Source: Podospora anserina
Lineage: Eukaryota
Direction of reading: 5' to 3'
DNA: 64,000 nt
Assembly (NCBI GenBank): GCA_017654855.1
Contig: CM030333.1
Span: forward strand, 1,116,001-1,180,000
The translations under genes and the position numbers were made by a program. Every line of letters begins with the position of its first letter. The stretch's first letter is position 1. This document shows, in pieces, positions 56,381 through 64,000 of the stretch. Below the pieces are notes generated by a model. That model was not told the origin of the DNA and did no database searches. It worked only from the letters and a program-made list of their open reading frames with translations.

Positions 56381-58243
56381 TTATTGCGTGGCGGCAATGC
56401 ACCAGTGCCGGTGAAAGGCCCAGGCGCTCTTTTGGCATTCTTTGCTGCAGTACTTGGTTCGTCGACAGCGGCGGCATTTAGCAAATTGCCGCGTGTACTC
56501 TTCCCATTTCCCGCACTGGTAGTAGGCACATTGTCGGATGCCGCCGCGGGTGTCGTCCTTCCGGCACAGGTTTCTCATAACTACCCCGGCCCAGTATTGC
56601 ATATCGGTGCTGTGGTACCGGACCGTGAACTTTTCCACTAAGGGGAAGATGTTGAGGTCATTGGGAAGTAGGTATTCCTCTTCACATGTCTCGTCTTCCT
56701 CCTCGAGCTCGGCCTCGAGGGCTGCCGGATCGGCTCCATCAAGAAGTTGAATTTCCTTGCCAATCTTGAGCTTAGGAACCAGGTGACTTTTTTGGAAGTA
56801 CTTTCGGAGGTTGCAGTATTTGGAAACGTAGGCGAGCAGTTGGAGAGACATCAAAACGTCTTCTTCCCTGGGCATAGCGGCAAGCATTTGTGGATTTGGT
56901 GTGACTTGACGATCGAGCAGGTAACGAGGCACTGTCGCGTTTGGCATCGATGGCTGCTGTGGGCTCACCATCGTCGGTCTGTTTGGCGACAAGCCAATTG
57001 CAGGAACTGGCGTCGGGGTCGGATTGGTGACAATGCTGCCGTCTACCGGCCCTTGATGTGTGATGTTGAAAGTGCCGGCTTCCTGAGTCTCGGATACCGT
57101 GGGCGTTGTCAGTTCCATGGCGGTGCCAGTCATCATACCCTCGCCATCCTCCATGGCAATGTCCTGAATTCCTACGGCCGGTTGGATTTCGGCCGTCTCA
57201 GACATCTCAGTATCGGGCGTTTCATCCGATGCAACACTTTCAGCATTCATATCATCCGACTCGGCAGCTGTCGAGTGCTGATGGCGGATAGATGGTCGTT
57301 GGCGAGACCGAGCAGCGGCGGTGAGCATGGTGGCAGGTCGCACGGTAGGAGAACGAATCTGCGGTGGCGGAAGTGGAGTGGTGGGTGACGCCGGCTGAGA
57401 TGTCAAGGGAGGCCGAGCAAATGGCAGCGGTACGATTCCAACCAAGCGATCCGCATCCCGTGTCGGCCTGACAAATCCATCGGCGGCATCCATCGATGGT
57501 ACGGACGGGGCAAGGATCACGTTGGGCGTGAGAGCCATAGGTGGGCGAGCCTCGTGCGTCCTGCTCGTGTGATGGTGATGGGGGTGGTGTCCCGCCAAAG
57601 GCGTCCGATCGGCTGGTGGCGTTACCTGGAATTGCGGAGCAGTGGGTGTGGCCTCAGAATTGGACTGTATGACTGTGGTGGAAGGGCCGGCGAACGGGGC
57701 AGACACGTCAATTGACGGCGGTGGCGCTTGTCTTCTGAAAGTCTCCAATGCGCCGGATCTTGATGAGAAACTGGAGGATTTGTGCGCCCGGCTGCTGCCA
57801 CCAACCCGGTGATGATGATGGCGGTCCTTGTGCTTGGCTTCCTCGGCCTTTGCCCGTACGTTTTCAATGACTTTGATGTAGTTGTCGAGGATTGTGGCAA
57901 TCACGGGGACCATGTCAGCCTCTACCACCCGAGTCCGAACAGCTTCTGTGCCCCTAACGCCTATGTTGACGACACATTGGAAAGCCAGATTCCACTTCCA
58001 CATGTCCATCATGTCTTTGCTGCGACCCTGCTTCAGGATGCAGACCAACCTTTCGATGCCGCCATCGACGGTCAAGATGTCGCGGATGCGAGCCGACGAT
58101 GTTGTGAGGTAAGCGAGATGGTTGAGAGAGTTGATCAGGGGCAGGGTCGACGTGCAATCGAGGGCGCGTCGGTCGTAAAGGGCGGTGGTAATGCCCACCG
58201 ACGCCTTGTTGACATTGGGTATGCTGAAGTTGACTTCCCTCAT
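56381..58243 (-). CDS. samB: MYND-type zinc finger protein SamB/Mub1
   Basis: N-terminal MREVNFSIP..ITTALYDRRALDC..LINSLNHLAYLT and C-terminal QCAYYQCGKWE..FAKCRRCRRTKYCSKECQKSAW..HRHWC. Intronless, 620 aa. Confidence 0.93.
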   Translation of the reverse strand: MREVNFSIPNVNKASVGITTALYDRRALDCTSTLPLINSLNHLAYLTTSSARIRDILTVDGGIERLVCILKQGRSKDMMDMWKWNLAFQCVVNIGVRGTEAVRTRVVEADMVPVIATILDNYIKVIENVRAKAEEAKHKDRHHHHRVGGSSRAHKSSSFSSRSGALETFRRQAPPPSIDVSAPFAGPSTTVIQSNSEATPTAPQFQVTPPADRTPLAGHHPHHHHTSRTHEARPPMALTPNVILAPSVPSMDAADGFVRPTRDADRLVGIVPLPFARPPLTSQPASPTTPLPPPQIRSPTVRPATMLTAAARSRQRPSIRHQHSTAAESDDMNAESVASDETPDTEMSETAEIQPAVGIQDIAMEDGEGMMTGTAMELTTPTVSETQEAGTFNITHQGPVDGSIVTNPTPTPVPAIGLSPNRPTMVSPQQPSMPNATVPRYLLDRQVTPNPQMLAAMPREEDVLMSLQLLAYVSKYCNLRKYFQKSHLVPKLKIGKEIQLLDGADPAALEAELEEEDETCEEEYLLPNDLNIFPLVEKFTVRYHSTDMQYWAGVVMRNLCRKDDTRGGIRQCAYYQCGKWEEYTRQFAKCRRCRRTKYCSKECQKSAWAFHRHWCIAATQ

Positions 58244-61200
58244 CTTGGCTCGCCTCCACGGAACACGAGGTAGGCACCAGACAAGGAGAAGAGATGATGA
58301 TCAGGAGAGGTTGGCCGCCGTAATTCGATGCCCGGCGTGCGATTGCGTTTTGATGGGGGGGTTAGAAATGGCGTGCCCTATGCGTTGGCAAAAGAGATGG
58401 TTAGAGATGAAACGCATTTCAAAAGGTTTATGCGTCCATAAAGGAAGGGGTAGAGCGAGGGCGTACCCTACTCTCTAGGATCGGCAGACGCCCTCGCGAA
58501 GGGCGAAACCAGCGTGTCTACGTACAGAAATGCCCAAGGTATATAGTTGATGGTAGGCCGCAAATGCAGAAAAAGGGCGTTGCAGAGATGAAAATGAGGA
58601 TAATCCGAGTCGGCGCCGACCAAATGCCTCAGCCGCGATGGAGAGGATGGTGTCGGTGTCGGTCTGCTGTGCCACTCACGGGCAAGCTGTTGATGGCAAT
58701 GGACGTGACGGTCTTGGGTTGCAGCAGTCGGTCGAATGCTGCTGAAGATTCGGTGATGGAGAGAGTGTTTGGGTGTGTGACGGATGGGCTCGCCGTGCCT
58801 GATGGTGTGAGAGGCTGGGTTGTCTGGGTTCAGTTGGAGCAGGCGAGCTGCTGGTTTTTTGCAGTCTTGGGCCCTGGAGAATGTCCAGAACATTACAGGT
58901 TGGCCCAGCCTGTGTTAGTGGCTAGATGGATGCCTAAGGCCAACACCACCCGCGCTTGTGGGCCCAAATTTGTACCAAATTTCCAAGTCTCGGCACCACA
59001 TCCGACCGACATCGCGCTTGCATATTCACATTCATCACAGGGTAAAATTGTATGTTCTACAAGAGATTTGCTCTTTTATTCCGTCTATTTTACTTTCATC
59101 ACCCCATCATCTCCGCTGGGAGACCCGGAGACTCGAGGAGAAAGCTTCCATGTCGGCTGACTAGGTACTTCCAGGTACTTGTTGTCTAGGGGCGAAGCGG
59201 AGCCCTAACAGCCTTTCAAGGATGGGGGTCCACGGTCGAGGTCTTTTGCTGGGTGCCAAAGAAAGCTGGAAGGGGCAAAATTCACAAGCAGCTGCGGGGT
59301 GAGATGGAGGATAACCCACCACCAACTACTCACCGAACCCTAGCACGCGATGCCAATAGACCACACACACTCTCTTCTGAATGACATGGGAGTTCATGCA
59401 ACAATTGAGGGGGGCATCTGATGCTGAAGAAAACTAGACGCCGTTGGCGGTCATCAGGTTTACACATGGAGGGCCATTGAAGCGTGGCAGGCGAACGGCG
59501 CCGTTTCAACCAGCTCTTTAGAGTTTGCCCACCATCAGATCGGAAACACTTCTCACGTCGACAACTTCTCCTCTTCTCCCCTCTCCTCTCGCGGAGCTGC
59601 AGTTGGTAACCATGCACAAGAGCCGGCGTTGTGTGACCCGTCCACTTCTTACACCTTGATGGCCCAAATGCCCAACAATGTATCGCCCTCGCCGTCTGCC
59701 GAGCTGTTCGGGTCGCCTGATTCCCCAAGCCCATCGTTCACTCGTTGGAACCTGAGCGCTACCTCCCACCCTCCCACCTACTGCACTCCAACTCACAAAC
59801 GACAGCTCGCAGCTTTCATGCATTCGTGGGGTCGGTGCGCATATCACGTTCTCGCAGCTTTACGGAGTAGAGCTTCAACCGAAGCGGAGAAGGGCCGTGA
59901 TGCCACCCCTGTTGGTGGTTGATCCCCCACCGACCCTCTTGAACAACGTTCAGGCCCAAACCGCCATCCGCACCAGACCCACCCCGTCGCCCTTCTTCTT
60001 TCAATATCACTCCCTTGTGATTCTCTCTCCGGCATTTAACGGCGGCGTAGTCACCGCCCTGCCTACAGGAAACGCTTGCGTAGACCAGTCAGCCTGAAAC
60101 GAATACCTATCACCAAACCGCCCAGATCCTAGTGTCCGCCCATCGACTTAGAAATTTTAGGTGCCATTTACCGCTGACGTCGTGGCTGGAAAGCGGCACA
60201 GATCTGACCTTGGGGGGTTCCAGCCCGGAGAGGCAAGTTCCATGATGACACCCAGTCAAGGCGAGGAAGGGTACGGAAAAAAAAGATCTTGGTTTTATAG
60301 CCTGAAATCAAGCATTTTTTTCAGCTCGGCATTTCCCCCCTTGCCTCACCGCAAAACCTCCAGCATCAAATACCTGTCTCAGTTCAGCCTCTTGATTATT
60401 TTGCTCAATCGAAGACTATCATCAGCATCTTTCCGCGCTGATCACCCATCAGCTGAAGATGAGGGGCTTTGCTAAGCCTCATCCGTCACATACACACGTG
60501 AATATCTTTGACACTCTACACAAGACACACAGTATGGATACCGGTCCATCACGCTAAGCATCACCACCACCGACAAGCCAAGAGCATGCAATGAGGGGTA
60601 ACTACCCTTTCTCCTCACTCTCACCCCCGAGCTGAAAGAGAAAGGATTCCACATCTCAAACCGGGTTTTTGCGTAATGTCAAACGGCAGCGGATGGACGG
60701 GCGGCTGTGTCTGTGTTATTTCGATCGAAATGCAAGATCTTTGACATTGTCTGAAGCGCTGTAAAGGCTTGACATCTTCCGCTGGTGAGTTTGTGTATAA
60801 ATATACATACTGGCGGCAGCAGGAACCCGTATACGCCTCGGCGCTTAACAATGTTCAACAACAACAACCGCCAGCCCCCAAAAAGGAACTCTCAGTTGGA
60901 CAAGAGACGCGGCTGTTTGTCTCACTTTCTTCTTTTTTTCTTCTTCTCGAACCTCGATCTGACAAAGTCTCAGGGTTCGATGAATCGAAGTTTTATTACA
61001 AAGAGAGAACGAATTGCGCGGTTGCGGATAGCTGCAGGAGGTGGGAGCGGGGGGGGGGGAACATTCGATTCCCATATTAAAAACATGCAATGCAAGCGGA
61101 GAATGGGAGTTGGTAGCAGCAGCCAAGAAGGAACCCCTATTCTTTACAGGTTATACTACCTACCTGACTTACATTCTGTTTCTTTGTGCGGGTGTAATGA

Positions 61201-62972
61201 GGTAGGGTTGTATTGGATACTCCCATACATAACATATGGAAAATGTAAGAAGGGGAGGTCTGTGTGTAGGTTCGTTTAGGTAGGTACACAAACGTAGGTT
61301 TCATGTTTGGGAATTTTTCTAGCGTTTCCATCTGTGGAAGTTTGAAGGTTGGGTATGCACGCTCGGATGGCCAGCCAGACTTTGAGTTTTGGCATACTTT
61401 TTGACCGATCACCCGACCTACATGGTAAGGAAAGGGAAGAGGCGGTGGTAGATCTGGGAGGCGATATCGCCGGCATCACCGGTTGTGGGATCGACAGTTG
61501 TTGACGCCTTAACACCAACCCAACTGCCTACATTATCTTCAGCTGACGAGATATACACTACAAGAGAGGGGTGTATAACATATACACTATTACTTTATGA
61601 CTTGAGATCGACAAGCTGTGTGTTGTATACACCCGTTATTCCCGCCTTGTTGGGTTCTGGTCTTGTGTCCGAGCTGTCGAAATCTCCGGCTCCGATCCCG
61701 GGTTCTGTGTTACTGGGGAAGCATCGCACGAATCTGAACTTAAGTAAGGTGAGGTGGGGATAACGAAGAATCATGCCATGTCAACATAAAGCTAGTGTTA
61801 TGACGAAAATGGCACTGAGAATAGGATGATGAACTGCTTCCGATGTTTCCATTATACGCCTTTCTAGCTAATCAGCCACCGAGAAGCCCAGCTATATAAC
61901 ACGAGTCCAGAGAAACAACTGAGTGACCTAAGAGCAAATTGTACAATTATTTTCGCTGAGTCGTTATGTGTGTCCATCTTCCATATGTAGCATTATGGAT
62001 TAAATCCTTTCAGCTCAAGATTTTGTCTCGTCGTACCTGGAATAACAAAAAGCCGTCACACTTCAACACTGTAAACTAATTGTAGAAGTTCTCTCATCAT
62101 GGAAACGCCTGTAACTTAATAACATCAGGTAATCCCATATTACAACTCCTCACGTCACGAAACATCTATATATAAGTTCTGTATTATAATCGTTTGCATG
62201 GGACAACAAAACACTACAAGTGAAAGAATATATAGAGCCCCAAAAGCAAAAGTCATGATTCAACAAAGAAAGGGCAGTGACGAATATTCAGCGCCAACTT
62301 CTCGACAAGACCCAAGTTGTGACTCGACTTTGTAGTCGAAGAGCACTTATAGGAATTAAACAACCAAGCCGTAAAGTCAAACAGAGACTCAGAACTTATA
62401 ACTCAACTCGGTAGCTAAAGAACATTCTCAAGAAATATAAACAGCCAACCAAGTCATAAAAGTCCAGCCTCAAAACTCACAGAAAGCTCACCCCCCATCT
62501 TCTAACGAGGGGCTACGAAAACCTCGAAAGGTTTCAACGAAGAAGGATCGAACTCGGGGCCTATCGGTTGCAAAACCCCGGCGGTAGGCGGTGGACGGTA
62601 AACAGCAGCTCTGACATCCTTACCATTTGACCTGACCACACAGGTGTGTGGCGCCCTGGTAAGCATTCCAGAGCTGCTGTTGGAAAGGGGCATGTTTTGA
62701 CCTAATATATAAGCCATCGTTTGCTCCTTCCTTGAAGGTGTGCACAAAGTCGAGTCGTGAGGTCAAGTCGCACAGCAACAGAACCACACCAGACCCATCT
62801 CGTCTCACAAAGCTGGAGTCAACCAGTTGATCAAATTACTTTAAATACACAGCAGCAAAGCTGAACAACCCATCATACCCAATATACACAACCAACATAC
62901 CCCCCTCAATGCTATCCCAAATCAAAAGCCCACCAACGCCTTGCTCAAATCAACCCTCCCCCAATCTCAACA

Positions 62973-64000
62973 TTAATCCCCACTAACCCTAGCATGCCTA
63001 AAATACTTCATCCCCACCCACGCAACCACCACCCAAACCCAGGCCATCACACAACTAAGTATTATCAACGCAGGATAATACCCCACAATCGGCAACGTCG
63101 GATCATCCTCCAACTCAGGCGGCGCATACGGTGTAGTCCCCACATCCCACGCCCAGCTCCAAACCCCCAAGCAGCTCCCCATCCCAATCACAAACACCGT
63201 CCACGTCACAATCAACACCACCCACCCCCACCACTCCGTCTCGGAATAGTCCCAGTCTGAGTCTGGTTGTGGCAGGGGTGTCGTTGATAGCCCTGCCAGA
63301 GAGGTGAGTGCCAGCGGGGACTTCGCTCTCTGAACCGTGCCGCGACGGCGTTGGATTGATGGGAGGATTGATGAGCCTGAGGTGGATGATCCGAGGCCCA
63401 ACGGTCGGGGAGGGCTGTGGGGAGAATGGGGGGGGTTGAGAAAGTAAGATTCTGACCCCGAGGCGGAGGAGACAGAGGCTCTTTCCGGGCGGAGGAGGTT
63501 AACGGAGGAGGAGGTGGACGAGAGGTTCGATGTTGATGAACCCGGCCCGGTGGGGACGGCCATGTGGAGGGCGTCTTCATCGTCTGTGGTGCTGTAGCTT
63601 ATACTTGGGCTTCTTGAGCCGGTGATGCTATTTCTTGAGCTGGGCGTGTTGGCATTTATAGGGGCCAATGCGGCAGTGGGGGTTGCGTCTGGATCGGACG
63701 GTTGGGAACCACTTCGGCTGGCATATCCGTCCATGCTGGGTCGGGGTGTGAGGTCTGATATTCCCAGACCGTACGGTGTAGATGTATTAATAGAATTCTT
63801 CAAGATACCGCTATTATTCTGGAGGTGTAATGTGTTTGATATAACCGAGGTCGGCGCGGTGCCGGCTGTGACTTGGATTGGTGTCCCGTTCGGTTCGCCA
63901 TAGACGTTCAATTTTGTGTCGATTGTTAGTCCACGATCCCGCTTTTCTCTTTGAGCACCCCGCCCCAACAGGGCAACCTTTCGCAACGATCCTCTACGTC
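62973..64000 (-). CDS. Ser-rich protein with C-terminal PIG-Y/Eri1-like two-TM domain, 5'-partial
   Basis: C-terminus WWGWVVLIVTW..GYYPALIILSCVMAWVWVVVAWVGMKYFRHA resembles the GPI-GnT subunit PIG-Y/Eri1 signature. The frame stays open to the window edge. Confidence 0.65.
   Translation of the reverse strand, partial: RRGSLRKVALLGRGAQREKRDRGLTIDTKLNVYGEPNGTPIQVTAGTAPTSVISNTLHLQNNSGILKNSINTSTPYGLGISDLTPRPSMDGYASRSGSQPSDPDATPTAALAPINANTPSSRNSITGSRSPSISYSTTDDEDALHMAVPTGPGSSTSNLSSTSSSVNLLRPERASVSSASGSESYFLNPPHSPHSPPRPLGLGSSTSGSSILPSIQRRRGTVQRAKSPLALTSLAGLSTTPLPQPDSDWDYSETEWWGWVVLIVTWTVFVIGMGSCLGVWSWAWDVGTTPYAPPELEDDPTLPIVGYYPALIILSCVMAWVWVVVAWVGMKYFRHARVSGD

Noticed and set aside
62321-62756. 13-bp inverted repeat GACTCGACTTTGT / ACAAAGTCGAGTC about 410 bp apart
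   Set aside because: It does not extend, has no TSD, and a match of this length is plausible by chance in 64 kb.
58468-62808. Many short ORFs in the long samB upstream region
   Set aside because: No recognisable domains or consistent splice structure. Treated as intergenic.

Overview
This is eukaryotic, intron-containing DNA from a filamentous ascomycete. Short GT-AG introns with CTRAC branch points and the gene content point to Sordariales, probably Podospora-like (inference). About 19 well-supported protein genes can be built by hand: a fungal transcription-factor-domain gene beside two divergent cytochrome P450s, PMP3, an Obg-family GTPase (YGR210C-like, with a 10-nt micro-exon), a SET-domain methyltransferase, facB/acu-15, a GDPD, a DUF676 lipase, NTH1, an AN1 zinc-finger protein, class III ADH (SFA1), DUF952, a membrane DnaJ protein, PFA3, ICE2 (likely GC-AG intron), an AIM6-like protein, EBP2, samB/MUB1 and a PIG-Y/ERI1-domain protein. 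The most notable locus is NTH1. Its TAG is followed in the same frame by about 575 more codons of related acidic sequence rich in psi-K-x-E motifs, broken only by one extra A inside a ~123-unit (AAC)n tract. That makes it a candidate for stop-codon recoding by A-to-I editing, a 36-nt intron or readthrough. Also found: a 402-bp MITE with ~52-bp TIRs and an 8-bp TSD, and a hidden two-exon orphan gene with tandem C-C-C-H motifs. No rRNA, tRNA or CRISPR features were recognised. All family names come from motif recognition, not database searches.
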